Of a stretch of 64,000 nucleotides of DNA, positions 26,257 through 39,219 are shown piece after piece. The stretch is taken from NCBI GenBank assembly GCA_964016885.1, contig OZ024742.1:70680001-70744000 (forward strand), written 5' to 3'. The notes under the pieces are model-generated. The model was not told the DNA's origin, did no database searches, and saw nothing but the letters and a program-made list of their open reading frames with translations. The DNA is from Eledone cirrhosa. Its lineage: Eukaryota. Numbering within the stretch: the stretch's first letter is position 1; each line of letters begins with the position of its first letter. The position numbers were made by a program, and so were the translations under genes.

Positions 26257-27125
26257 ATGATAATAATGGAGCTGCGGCGTTGCAAATGGGATACATATGA
26301 AAAAGTCAGTCCTTCATCAGTGACCCTCCAACCGTCCCAGGCATTTCATCGCTTTAAGGGCCATATACCTCAGGTTGGTGCGAACAACGGCTAAAAAAAG
26401 TCGTTGGGACACGTAAATAAAGAGAACGTTAGGGTGAACAAACAAAATGGTTTAGGCAACAGAAAGTGAGAAGAAAGAGACAAGTCCCAGATTTCTATGA
26501 ATATAAACTCGATAAAACCGGGAACTAGAGAATAAAGACCATCAAACCTGGTTGAAATGTGAGCGAGGAAGGAATTTCGCACAGGTCTAACGGGGGGGAA
26601 GAAGAAGGGGTCTGGTCTGCGAGTTCGGTAAACATAAGTTCTGTGAAGACGCAGACGAGAGAGAGAGAGAAAAAAAATTTCATACCGGCTTGGCCAAGAG
26701 TGCGCGAGAAAAGAAATCGGACAGGTCAAGCGGGAAGAAAGAGGAGAGGAGGAGAGGCAGTGACAGGGTATGAGTGAGTGAAAGTTGAGGAAGAGGCTAA
26801 CAGAGAGAGAGAGACTGCTAGAAAGGGTAAAGATACAAAGAACGAAAACAGACGGGTGGCAGCAGAGGAAAAAATATGTGTAAATATGATAATAATGGAG
26901 CTGCGGCGTTGCAAATGGGATACATATGAAAAAGTCAGTCCTTCATCAGTGACCCTCCAACCGTCCCAGGCATTTCATCGCTTTAAGGGCCATATACCTC
27001 AGGTTGGTGCGAACAACGGCTAAAAAAAGTCGTTGGGACACGTAAATAAAGAGAACGTTAGGGTGAACAAACAAAATGGTTTAGGCAACAGAAAGTGAGA
27101 AGAAAGAGACAAGTCCCAGATTTCT
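26257..27125. repeat. 240-bp direct repeats around a purine-rich spacer (629-bp period)
   Basis: 26257-26496 appears identical to 26886-27125; no credible ORF. Confidence 0.9.
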
Positions 27126-27164
27126 CTTAACTACATACATCTCTCTTTACATTAATACTAGAGC

Positions 27165-27203
<39 letters not shown>

Positions 27204-27508
27204 ATGTATCAACCGATACTCAACTTCCTAGTTTCTCTATCTATCTCTATCTATCTCTTTCTTTTTTCCTCTCTCTATATATATTTCTCTCTGTTTCTTT
27301 ACATGAAGTTCTTCTCTTTATCTATCTTTCTATATCTCTCTATTTAGTCACATGCATTTCTTCTTTTTCTTCGTTTCTCTTTCTTTCTCTCTTTATCTCT
27401 TTCTTTTTACAACTGTCCACAATATTTTTTACTGCCAAATCAACCTCCCAAATGCAAGGTGATTGAAAGGTATGTCGTATCTATTTATTTATAAGACTGT
27501 TTATATTG

Positions 27509-27574
27509 TATTTTGTCTGAAGAAGGCATAACATATTGTTAATATGATATCCCTGAAATATATATAACGAAATA
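27509..27574 (+). ncRNA. Minimal type I hammerhead ribozyme
   Basis: TATTTTGT-CTGAAGA-AGGCATAACATATT(GTT)AATATGATATCCCT-GAAA-TATATA-TA-ACGAAATA. 8-bp stem I, long stem II, palindromic stem III. Confidence 0.8.
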
Positions 27575-27611
27575 AATATGGTTTTATAAATATAGTTTCC
27601 ATTTATTTAAT

Positions 27612-27661
<50 letters not shown>

Positions 27662-27845
27662 TACACATACATACACATACATTTTTGTATGTGAAAGGTA
27701 AGCCAAAAAGAATATATGGGGGGGGGGGGGAGACATAGGAAAAGGTGAAATATAAGGGGAGATAAGGGAGAAAAAGAAAACAAGAGTACAGAACGTGGAT
27801 TCAGCAAATAAAAAACCGTAGTAGAAGTAAAGAGCAGGAAGGAGT

Positions 27846-29960
27846 TCAAGGCGGTTGATTTATCATAGGAGTGTCAATCCAGTTACAGATCAGATGTGAT
27901 TTCAGATGAGGACAACATCTGAAGATCTCGGTCTTTGTGTTTAGGCAAGCAGAAGTGGCTCTCAAGTTTAGCAAAATCCTATATTTTTCTGCGGTGCACA
28001 AAGAACAATTCTTTGTGCCCCTTTGGTACTCCCTCGAATGGTCTAAGATAGACCAATCGATAGAGTACGGGATGTTACTATCCTTGAATTCCCACACCTT
28101 ACTTGCGAGGGCCGTTGATGTTCGTTTATCGGAGTGCTTAAAAGAAGCGACATGTGAGTAAAATCTGGTTTTAAACCTGTCCTGGGTCATGCCGACATAT
28201 CGCTCACTCCTGGCTGGCTGGTTGTTGATTAACGGTGTTATTTTAGCCTCATAAACAACAGATTTGGTGTTACATTTACCCTGCAATGGGCATTCATCCG
28301 GCTTCCTGCAACTGCATCCTGGATTTGTTCTCGTATTATTAGAACTAGTGATCTTGGACTTCATAGATGGGCAACAAGAGTAACTGATCTTAACTACGTT
28401 CCTATTAAATATCTTATAATATCTATGATTAGGAGGAAAATGTTTGTCTAAGAGTTCAAGGAATTTCCTTCCTACATTAGTTTTGACAGTTAGAGAGAAG
28501 GGGGATGTGAACCAAATAATTTTCCTTTTCCTGTTATTGTGGTTAGTTTTAACGGGGGGAGTAGGTAAATAAAAAAAAATTTCTGTAAAACCGCTGTTCT
28601 TAAGGGCTTTATTATAATAAGGGGCGGCTTTATTAAAAATGTCTATAGACGAGGATAAAGTAGAAATCCTACGGCTAATGTTAGGAATAAGATTATGGCA
28701 AGACTCTTTGTGTATATACCTAAGATTTTCATTAGGTTTATGATAAGGTTTAAAAGAGGCGGTAAGTAGATCAAGATTAATATCAAGAAAGTTAGCATTG
28801 GTAAGGTTCGTATCTATAGTGATTTTAAGGTTAAGATTAGCAAAAGTATTGATTAAATCTTTACGGAATTTATCAAGGTTATGGCCGTTGGTGGTATGAG
28901 AAACTGCCAATCCGTCATCACGGTATAAACCGATATTATGGGAAGGAAATTTCTCTTTGAGGGTGTGGAGAAGGAATAATCCTACTAAGTCACACACATC
29001 CGCACTGTCATATGAACCCATTGCAACATCAAAAGAGTTTTCAGGGTTTGACTTTTTAACCAAAATATTTTCATTAGTAAAGAGTAAAGTTTTTCTAGCA
29101 TGAAAGATAATGTCTTCTTCTAATTTAGAAATATTAATGAAGGGTCTTGCAAAATCTAAGGCATTAGTTAATAAGGAAACGGTAATAGAGGGGTAAAAAT
29201 CGACAATATCAAATTGGGTAAATCTACACTTATTTTTACCTTGTATATTATTGAACCAAGAAATAACAGAGGAAGTATTTAGTCACTGTGATAGGTCAGT
29301 GTTAGTTCTAATTTGGAGAATTATTTTTCTTAAGATTTTTTTACTTGCAAGGCCAACTTCGGATTTAGCCGGATTAATCAGTCTACAACTAGGTCGATTA
29401 GTAAAGTCCAATTTATGGTCTTTAAGGGTAATATATTCTTTACGCTTAGCTAGGCTTTCAATCCGGTTGTCTATTTTTAAAGAACTAGCTAGTTCTTTAG
29501 CTTCTTTATTGATAGTATTGTAGGTATTATTATTAGTTAATTGATATTTGTTGGTAATACTATTAGTTAAAAGTTGGTTATACAAAGTACTATTAACTTC
29601 AAAGAGATTTTTAGTTTTATCAGAAAGAACAAAGGTGTTTGTAGAATTTCTAAAATTAGAAATATCGTTAGATAGTTTAGTTTGAAAGTTATTATTGTAC
29701 TTACGAAATTTGATATCACTAATTAGATTAACAAGGTCTAATTCGAAGTTGGCCATGTCTTTAATTCTAGGTGGATATTTACGGGATTTTATGTCAAAAC
29801 AATCATTAGTATCAGCACTGAAAAGTCCATCGTAAACCATTGCCTTCCATCTCATTCTTTTAACGACTTGTTCGATTTTATCTATAAGCATTTTGGTATA
29901 AGTTGTGTTGGAAGGAGTAGGTATATTTTTGATTGAATAATCCAATTCATAAAGGTCCAT
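27846..29960 (-). pseudogene. Penelope-like element 2 RT-GIY-YIG ORF interrupted by one in-frame TGA
   Basis: ORFs 29283-29960 and 27846-29063 are in the same frame and the intervening sequence reads LNTSSVISWF...QFDIVDFYPSI. Motifs LYRDDG, CSCRKPDECPLQGKC, VVY...YVGMT and CSLC are present. Confidence 0.88.
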
Positions 29961-30070
29961 GGTGTATGTTGGTTAAATTCCTGAAAACTGTAGAGTGGTC
30001 AACTAATCGGGCTGGAAAGTGCCAATCGTATATGTAATATAGAATATGCTTCAATCAATCCCGGTTGGAG

Positions 30071-30163
<93 letters not shown>

Positions 30164-30259
30164 TATATATATATTTACGTTATTCCGGGTTGAGTCGGAG
30201 GTAACCACAGTAAGTAAGGTACTCAATACATTGCAGAGTATAAAAGTTTTAATATAGAT

Positions 30260-30312
30260 GAGATTCTACAGGACTAGAACTGTTTCATTCTTTAGAAATC
30301 ATCAGGAATCTC
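30260..30312 (-). ncRNA. Type I hammerhead ribozyme, sense to and upstream of the PLE2 ORF
   Basis: GAGATTC-CTGATGA-TTTCTAAAGAAT-GAAA-CAG(TTCTAGTC)CTG-TA-GAATCTC; triplet GUA. Confidence 0.8.
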
Positions 30313-30330
30313 TAGATTCTCTAGAATCTC

Positions 30331-30383
30331 GAGATTCCTGATGATTTCTAAAGAATGAAACAGTTCTAGTCCTGTAGAATCTC
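30331..30383 (+). ncRNA. Inverted identical copy of the hammerhead at 30260-30312
   Basis: Exact reverse complement of 30260-30312, separated by an 18-nt spacer. Confidence 0.8.
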
Positions 30384-30412
30384 ATCTCTCTCTCTATATA
30401 TATATATATATA

Positions 30413-32005
30413 TCGACGACGCCTGTTTGGGGGAACTCCGGATATGGTTCTCGCCACTGTTAACAAGATGGTTGAGGAGCTTGGCCGCCGGGGTCTCCAG
30501 GTCAATAGCTCCAAATGTGAGCTCTGGATCCTCAACCGCCCGGCTTCTCAACACCAACAGCTAATCGACCTGTTTGCAGAGTCCTTCCCTTCCATCGCGG
30601 TTCATCCCCCGTCGGCACAGACCTTGCCTTCGAGTCAATCTTACAATAGCAGCTGCTGAAGAATATTGAAGTTATCGAACCCCATCAAGGTTTCTTCATA
30701 CTCAGGCACCACCTGTCTATTCCTAAGCTTCTGTATCTGCTCAGAGTCAGCCCCTCTCACAGATGTTCGTCCTGCCTCCAACGCTCCGACAACCTAATCT
30801 TCGAGAGACTCGAGTGCTTGGTCAATGTTAGACTCTCTCCAGCCTCCCGCGATCAGGCTGCGTCGTTGCCCAAGCGATTTGGTAGTCTTGGTCTTCGTAA
30901 GTGTTCGCCTCTCTCCCCTGCTTCCTTTCCTCCACCCACGCTTGCTCCACCCTGGTAAGCAGCATCCTCTCCTCTCCAACATGGACTAGTTCCAACAGGG
31001 AGTTGGGTGAAGCCTTCCAACAATGGAGTGAGAGGACTTGGGACAGCATAAGTTCGAAGTCCACCTTCGACTCCCTCTTCGTCCTGTCAGATCAGTTTGC
31101 AAGGTGCCGCTTACTCTCTGCCGGCGCCAAATACTATCTGGGCGACTGGGTTGATGCCCTACCCGTGGCCAACGTCGGTGGCCTACTCAGCCTGGGGGAA
31201 CTTCGTGTCTCCATCGCCCTCAGAGTGGGACCTGACGTCTGCATGGGTTTGAGGTGCCGATGCGGCAAACTCCTCGACTCCACTTTCCTACACTGTCTTT
31301 CTTTCCGCCTGAATGCCGGCCGCTTCGCGCGTCACACGGAGCTAAACTTCATTCTGAAGAGAGCTTTGGCCCGGGCGAATATCCCCTCAGCCTTGGAACC
31401 ATCTGTGTTATCCAGAAGTGACGGCTTTACCCTGTGCCCCTGATCGAGAGGCAGGTGACTTGTCTGGGACGTCACTGTTAATGACGCTTTTGCTCTTTCC
31501 CACATCTTGGATGCTGCGGTTTGGACGAGAGCCACAGCTTCCGCAGCCGAGCGGAGTAAAACCCTCAAATACTCTGATCTGTCGGCCAGCTACATTTTTC
31601 AGCCTGTGGCTTTCGAGACGTTTGGGGGAGTCGGGCCGCTGACTGCGAGGTTCCTCTCTTCAGCCTAATAAAGGTAACTGCCGAATCTCGCGAGGGCGCT
31701 TGGTTGTTTCAGCGCATCAGCCTCGCCATCACCTGAGGCAACACTGTGAGTATGCTGGCCTGCCTCAAAAATCACTAGAGAAGTTACCCAGTACTCCTCG
31801 CGACGTTGCTGTCTTTGCTCTGGTGTTGGCTCCGTTGTTCACCCCTTCCTTTACATTTTCTTTAATATTGTAACATTAAAAGAATATATCTTTCTGACAG
31901 TATCGCGAGCTATTTATAATGTTGTCTAAGCATTTGTAATGTTATTTATGTATATTCTACTGTAAATTTATTTATATGCTCTGTTTATATTTTCATTCTG
32001 AAAGA
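30413..32005 (+). mobile_element. CRE-like LINE copy 2, 5'-truncated at the YLDD motif
   Basis: Close nucleotide match to about 1520-3225 with several internal deletions. Confidence 0.85.
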
Positions 32006-32069
32006 ATTGCAAACGATTTGTAATGTTATTTATACAACTGTGAATAAAATTTATTTTAAAAAATTTAAA

Positions 32070-33609
32070 TCTATATATATAAAACTGAGGTTGTCTGTCT
32101 GTCTACTAAAACGGTCGACACACATCTCCTCCTAAACCGTACGTTCAAATTTCGGTGAAATTGCTACACTTATAGATGAAGGTGCAGCGGAGACATCGGT
32201 CAAAAAAATTTTCAAATCGGCCCACGTCAAGTGCAAAAATCGAATTTGTAATGTATTGATTTTTCAGTTCAAATGTATAAATAGACTAGCAGTAAAGCCC
32301 GGCGTTGCTCGGGGTCGCTCAGTAGCTGTGTTAAAGTTACAATGTTAAGTTTCTTTTTTGGCTTAAAGTCTGTCTGCACGACTGTCTATCTGCACGCCTA
32401 ACGAAATTTACAGATACATATATTTTAAATAAACTTATATAATTTTTGCTTTTTTTTACGAAATATTTGCTTGTTTTACGTAGTCTTTAAATAGACTTGT
32501 TTTCAAGTAAAAATATTGTTTTAAAAGGCTTTTAAATGGAAATGAAGCAAAACGGAAGCTTAGTGTTCGAACTGATGAATTTTGCAGGTCAAAATTTTGC
32601 TGGCTCGACAACTGTTCGTGTATTGTGTTAATGTCATTTTAAACGCTGAGAAAGCCAGCGTAATTTTTTTAATTTTTGCACGCAGACGCTCAATGTAAGC
32701 AGAACAAAGGGAAATAACTGATCACTTACGCTCAAAAATCGATACATTATATTCGATTTCGTCAGATAGGGCGGGTCAATTTGAAATTTTTTTTTCCGAT
32801 GTCTTCGCTAGGGCTCAATGTACAAGTATAGCAATTTCGGTGCAATTCCGTGAGAGATTCTAAGAGGAGATGTGTGCCAAAAATCGATAGACAGACAGAC
32901 AACCTCAGTTTTATATATATAGATGAGAGACGAGTTATTTTCGTTTTATGGCGTCATTCTGTCTATCTATTTACGTTACGAATATACGACGCGTGCAAAA
33001 GTACAAAAATACGCGAACAGTTTTCGGACCAGCAAAATGTTAACCTGCAAAATTCATTAGTTCGAAGTTTCGACATTAAGCTTCCATTTCGCTTCATTTC
33101 CATTAAAAAGTCTTTTAAAACAATATTTTTACTTGAAAACAAGCCTATTTGAATACACCGTAAAACAAGGAAATATTTTGTAAAAAAAGAATTGATCTCG
33201 AATAAAGCCTTATGAGATTTTCATTTGGAAGCAATGATTTTAAACGACAGACAGATAACGCATTTTTTTTTTTTTTTTCATGTCCATCCAATTTCTTTGT
33301 TTCAAAATAACTGATAGTTTGGTTACGTTGATGTTTTTCTCTGAGACAAGTGTTGCAGTGTTTACATTTTCGATTTTTGTTAATAGATTACCAGTGCAGT
33401 TTTTATCCCCAGCATCCTCTTTTGTTTTAACATTCGGGTTATGGTTATGTTTTCTTAACTTCATAAGGCATACTGTTGGTTGAGGGAATATTAATCAAAA
33501 GTACCACATGAAAGTCTACACTGTAGACTCTACGGTTTTTAAGCCAAGAAAGGAACTTAACATTGTAACTTTAACACAGCTACTGAGCAGCCCCGAGCTT
33601 TACTGCTAG
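32070..33609 (+). mobile_element. Non-autonomous Helitron (outer copy)
   Basis: 5' A|TCTATATATATAAAACTGAGGTTGTCTGTC and 3' ...GCTTTACTGCTAG|T; no TSD. Confidence 0.75.
32286..32923 (-). mobile_element. Non-autonomous Helitron of the same family nested in opposite orientation
   Basis: Minus strand A|TCTATATATATAAAACTGAGG... ending in hairpin CCCG-AGCAACGC-CGGG then CTTTACTGCTAG|T. Internal sequence matches 32990-33190. Confidence 0.8.
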
Positions 33610-34253
33610 TATATATATATGTGTGTGTGTGTATATATATATACAATTAGTTGTTTGTAGGAGAAAATATGAAAATAAATAATATTAAAAGTAGTGTCTG
33701 ACAAATGATAGAATAAACGAAGTCAGTATGAAAGGATATTATATAGATATTTAATGAAATCCATAAAGCAGGAAAGACGATAAAGGTTTCAAAGATAAAT
33801 GTTTAGAATTTGCGTTTTTAAAAAAATGGTAGTTTATTTTGTCAATCCCGGAAGGATGATAGGGAGACACGACCAAAATTTGAACTGGAGGATCTATTAA
33901 GTGCCGTTATGCAATGTGATCCTGAGAGGATATGGCGGGGCTGATACATTTTTCAGTATTTCAGTATTAAAAACTATGCCTATTTACCTTAAACATTGTA
34001 TTTCGATTATCTATTTTTAAAATGTTCGCTATATTATGTATACTGGTGGTAAAGATAGGTATATATTTTGATTTTCTTCTAGTTACTAAAAGTGATATCA
34101 TGAGCTTGCGAGAGGTTTTCAAGAAAACTGGCTTCAAGTTGCAAAGTAAGGCTAAAATGCAGGGGGGGGGGGGGTATATGTATATTCGGCTATATCTGTA
34201 CAACACTCACGAGCGTATCTCTGAATATCTGTGTAGACATGTCAGTCTCTCTC

Positions 34254-34320
34254 TCTTTGTTGGTGTGATGGTAACACATTGGTACGGCAAACCAAAGATG
34301 TGGGTTCGTGTCCCATGTAC
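34254..34320 (+). pseudogene. tRNA-derived sequence (SINE head or tRNA pseudogene)
   Basis: A box TGGTGTGATGG, stem TTGGT/ACCAA, T-arm GTGGG-TTCGTGT-CCCAT; acceptor stem does not pair. Confidence 0.5.
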
Positions 34321-34846
34321 GTCAATACTCATCTTTTTTCATTGATAGTTTTTTTTTTTAAATCCCAACTAACAGACTAATTCTGTTTAGTGAAATACGG
34401 CGTAAGCACATGTTGCTACCTAATTTTCAAATTCGCTATGTGTTTGTAAACAAAGCCTGCTTTGTTTCTTTATTTATATACTTTAATTAATTATTTGTAC
34501 AGAATTAATTATTTGTACAGATAAAATTGAAAATAATTAAATAAAAGTAAATTCTAGTCTTTAATAATTGATAGAATAACCGAACCCGGTATTCAACGAT
34601 GTAAAATACTTTAGCAAATCAAAACGTAAGTGTAAAGTAGGTAAGACCGTAAAGATTCCAAAGGTTAATATTCAAAATATAACTTTAAAAAATATTTAGA
34701 ATTTTAAATAGTCATGGTGGCTGAGTGGTACAACTATTAGTATAACTGCTAATTTTAATTAGCAAAGCCTGTTCTGGGTTCAATCTCCTTGTGCCAAGAA
34801 AGAATTGTTTCTTGTTTTGGTATAATGTAGAAGGCCCACTCGCATA

Positions 34847-35069
34847 GGAAGCTCTAGTTATGGATCTGTGGCTATAGCTTCCTTTGGCTTTGCTATACTA
34901 AAGCTCTGCTCATCTTGGAAGCTCTAGCTGGGGGGTCTGTGGCTATAGCTTCCTTTGGCTTCACTGTGCTAAAGCCCTGCTCATCTTGGAAGCTCTAGCT
35001 GGGGGTCTGTGGCTATAGTTTCCTTTGGCTTCACTGTGCTAAAGCCCTACTTGCCTTGGGAGCTCTAGT
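34847..35069. repeat. Minisatellite, unit about 70 bp, 3 copies plus a partial
   Basis: GGAAGCTCTAG...TCTGTGGCTATAGCTTCCTTTGGCTT...GCTCATCTT units start at about 34847, 34917, 34988 and 35058. Confidence 0.85.
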
Positions 35070-35224
35070 GTTGTATGTCTGGCTGTCTTGCATTGGCATT
35101 GTCCTGCTTGCCTCACAAGCCTTAGCATTGTGTCTGACTATAGCTTCCCTTGGCTATAGAGTCATCATCATCATCATAATCATGTATATTTATATATATA
35201 TACACACGCACAGATATATATAAA

Positions 35225-35263
<39 letters not shown>

Positions 35264-35678
35264 TCATCATTTTAAGTCTGCTTTTCCTTGCTTGCAAGGG
35301 TGGTAAGGGTCCTCTTCAGCACAGCATCTCTCCATTCATCACAGTCCTTCGTCATCTCCTCTGTGAACTTCAGCAATCTGAGGTCAACTCTCACCACCTC
35401 CGCCCATGTTTTTCATGATCTTCCTCTACTGCGTGTACCTTCCACTGATATTTCTTGGCACTTCTTCACCCAGCGGTCATCTTCCATGCACATCACATGG
35501 CTATATCAACACAGTCTTCTCTCCTGCACACTACAGTTTATTCCTCTTATACACAGTTTCACTCTCAACTCGTCCATTCTTGACATTGCATATCTATCAG
35601 AGCATGCTTGCTTCATTTCTTTCCAGTCTTCACATATCCTCTGCAGTGATTTCAAATTTTACTATTTAATTATTATGG

Positions 35679-36735
35679 TTACTCATTTAAGTGTACATGT
35701 CTGTAATAAGCTAAACTACCATTTTGAGTGAAAGTTTTATCACAGATATCACAGTAAAATGGTTTTTCATTTTGGGGGTTATGTCCTTTGCTTTTGGTAT
35801 CTAACTGGTAATGGGGCATCAACCCTAATGCCAGGCATTTACCAGAGATTGCTATGTATAGCACCCAAGAGTCCTCTTCAAGATATACACTGTACCCTTC
35901 AGTGTTGCAGTTTGTACCTCACAGGATTTTGGCTTACTTGGGATCTTGGTCAGGTATTCTTTCAGGTTGTTTTTCATGAGGTCTGTGGCTCCTCTCAGTA
36001 TGAATACATATGTGATTATTTAAACTACATCTATGTGCAAAATATTTACCACAGATATCACAATAGTATGAAATTAATCTCTCGTTAGAAGAAAATGTTT
36101 CACCACATATAATACTGTAGTATGATCCATCATCTGTTTGAAAATCATCCTCTTTCATGAAATGTTTCACCACAGACATCACACTGGTATGGTTTTTCAC
36201 CTGTATGAGTACGTTTGTGTATGGATAAAAAACTTTTAAGCCTAAACTTTTCACCACAAATATCACAACGATAATTCAGTGAACTTGTGTGAAGTAATTT
36301 CTGTTCAGTGATCTTATTACGTTGTCTCAATATTTTAGCAAAGTTACCAGGCAGATATTTCTTCTTTCTGTTTAAATGTCTTTCATTAAAGAGATCAGTA
36401 TTCTGAGAGTATTTTTCACTATCAACCTGACTTCCATATTGTTTCTCTGCCATCATCTCCTCCTTTGTCAATATTTCAAAAACAAATACACACCAAAGAC
36501 TATAAAGATATAGTTCCAGTGTAATGTTAAATTTTCTCTAGTTTCACCATCACCATCTGGCCAATATATTTCCAAACTACACAAGAACTGTTAACAATTG
36601 TAAATTCTATCAAATATTTTCTAGTTATCTAAACAGTGTACATTTATTCATCATAATCTTTAATTTTTTAAATGTTTGAAATTTGTTGATGTGTTAGTTG
36701 GGCTATAGGTTTCTATCTCAATATCACCAGATAAC
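35679..36735 (-). pseudogene. Decayed C2H2 zinc-finger paralog of 46782-47636
   Basis: Same N-terminus (MMAEKQYGSQVD), first two fingers and C-terminus (VHLNE*). Frameshift after finger 2, lost internal fingers and about 220 bp of foreign sequence at 35770-35990. Confidence 0.85.
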
Positions 36736-36797
36736 CTGAAATAAAAAGAGTTTAAAGGATAAGAAACAATGAAATATCAACATTATTTTACTCTCAA

Positions 36798-37010
36798 GGG
36801 TGGTGGATTGGCAGTATCGGTAGAACGTCGGACAACATGCTTTGCAGCGTAGAGTTACAGCCCTTTAAGTTCTGAGTTCAAATCCCGCTGAGTTTAGCTT
36901 TGCTTTTCATCCTTACAGGGTCAATAAATAAAGCATCAATAATACACTGGGTTCAATTTGATCAATTTTCACTCCCAAAATTGTTGGCCTTATGCCTAAA
37001 GTAGAATCAT
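36798..37010 (+). mobile_element. tRNA-derived SINE (related copy on the minus strand at about 37230-37420)
   Basis: A-box-like TGGCAGTATCGG, B box GAGTTCAAATCC and shared tail GGCCTT.TGCC.AAAGTAGAA. Confidence 0.65.
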
Positions 37011-37961
37011 TTAATTTACTCTTTTATTGATTTCAATCGTTAAACTGCAGCCATAATTTCTAAAAAATAATCAACTATTGAGATATTGTGTGTGGTGCAC
37101 TTAGATGACACAGCATCCTTTACAATTATAATACAGCATAGTAATGAACCATGGACATTTAATTCAGAGAATGCGTGAAGTGTAGGAAACAATAAAGCAA
37201 GTATACTCCACTAAATATGTAATGTAATAATTGTTTCTACTTTTGGCAAAAGGCCAGCAATTACCCCAGTGCATTACTGGTGCTTTATTTTATCGACCCC
37301 GTAAGGATGAAAGGCAAAGTTAACCTCAGTGGGATTTGAACTCAGACCATAAATGGGCGTAACTCTATGCTGCAAAGCATGGCGTGCAGCCCTCTACTGA
37401 TACTGCCAATCTCCCTGCTGGATTTCACAAAGGTGATGACAACAGATCATAACCATAGTTCCATTTGTTGATGTTTTTATTTACTGAATACTTTCAATTT
37501 ATGTTTGTAATAGACTAAAAGTAAACTTGGTATTTTGTTCATCATGCATTTCAATTACAGGTTAAGGAATAATATTAATCAGTATAATGTCACAGATTCT
37601 CTACTGCAACATAATGTCAATTCAACATTTATGAATTTAATGGTAATATACACATTCGAAAATGTATTTCTGAAAATTTTGATATAAAAATATGCCTTAT
37701 TAAAAAAGGTTCTGAGAAAGTAAAATCAGGGTGGGTGGATACTAAATTGTACTTAACCGAAAATTAATACGCTTTTCTTTCATATATATATATATATATA
37801 TGATCAAGAAAGACCTGAGCAGGAGTTGTGAGAGCTGACCTCAAATCACTGAGACTCACAGAGGCAATGACAAAGGATCTCATGACATGTGGAGAGCTGC
37901 CATGCTGAGGACCTGTCCAGCCCATGCAAGCATGGAAAAGCAGATGTAAAAATGATGATGT

Positions 37962-38017
<56 letters not shown>

Positions 38018-38090
38018 TATATAGTGAAGGCTTTCAAATGTTTACTCGTAAACACATCATATATCATTAGATATACAAAATACACATACC

Positions 38091-38125
<35 letters not shown>

Positions 38126-38155
38126 AGATCAAAAGATGGTTAAAAGAGTTCCATG

Positions 38156-38223
38156 TATTTTATTATGCGCATTTCAAAAACAAATATCATGTGATGACAT
38201 TTGCGTTTTCGTCAGATAAAATA
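38156..38223 (-). ncRNA. Minimal type I hammerhead ribozyme
   Basis: Minus strand TATTTTAT-CTGACGA-AAACGCAAATGTCA(TCACA)TGATATTTGTTTTT-GAAA-TGCGCA-TA-ATAAAATA. Perfect 8-bp stem I and palindromic stem III ATGCGCAT. Confidence 0.85.
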
Positions 38224-39219
38224 GGGAGACATGATATGAAGATTAAAAAACACTTGTGAATAGTGCAGTTTTAAATCAACATATGAAAAGTAGTTTTAGA
38301 TTGATGTGTGATATTGGGGGTGGGGGGGGGGGAGTAAAGAATGGAGGGGGAGGAGTATAATAAGGAAGGATGAGATAGGAGGAGAGATGGGTGATAGAGA
38401 GAGAGAGATAGCTTTTATAACAGAAAAAATATATTGTTTTACAGAGAGAGGTTAAAAAACCATTGGAAGATAATATATAAATTAAAAGAATTTGAAAATT
38501 AACGAAGAGAAAAATTTAAGAATAATGTTAAATTAAAGTTTGTATATTGAAGGGTTTAATAATATGTGCGATGAAAAGAAATTGTTAATATGTATTAAGA
38601 ATAATATTAAGTTAAGGTTTGAATATTGAAGGGTTTAATAATATGTGCAATAGAAAGAAATTGTTGATATGTATTATTAAAAAAAATATATAAAAATAGT
38701 AATGTAATTAAGGATATATTGTGAAAAGAAGTAGAAGAGTGGATGAATATGTGTAATATGTAGAAGTTAGATGAGCATGAAAGGGAGAAAAAATAATGAA
38801 TTGGGGATGAATAATCTAACGTAAAAAAAAATGTCTATGTTTACGAAGGATTTTTCAAGGTGATATTATAAAGTATTTAAAAGAGTAATAGTAAATTTTT
38901 GGGCCAGTGATAGGATGGAAGAAGGAAGAGTGGATATATTGTGGTGAGTAATAATGAGAATTGAGAAGTATCTAGGAAGAGAAGGTACAGATTAGAGGTT
39001 AGAAATTAAAAGAAAAAAGGAAAAAAAGGAAGAAAGGGAAGTGATAAATAGGAGTGATATAGAGTGAGTAACTAGTATTATATAATGTATAATAAATAAC
39101 ATTGAAATAAGGTAGAAAGATGGGTATATTTTTAAAGAAATATATATGTATATATATATATGTGCCTTTGAGAAAAAGGATTTTAAATTGGTAAAGTATT
39201 AGATATTATATAGGTATAT

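Noticed and set aside
27846-29960. Selenoprotein (Naiad-type) interpretation of the PLE2 in-frame TGA
   Set aside because: The TGA aligns with Trp rather than Cys, the endonuclease is C-terminal, and no SECIS was recognised.
34254-34320. Functional tRNA gene
   Set aside because: No acceptor-stem pairing and a non-standard anticodon loop.
34847-35069. CRISPR-like array
   Set aside because: Whole units repeat with no unique spacers, the context is eukaryotic and there are no cas genes.
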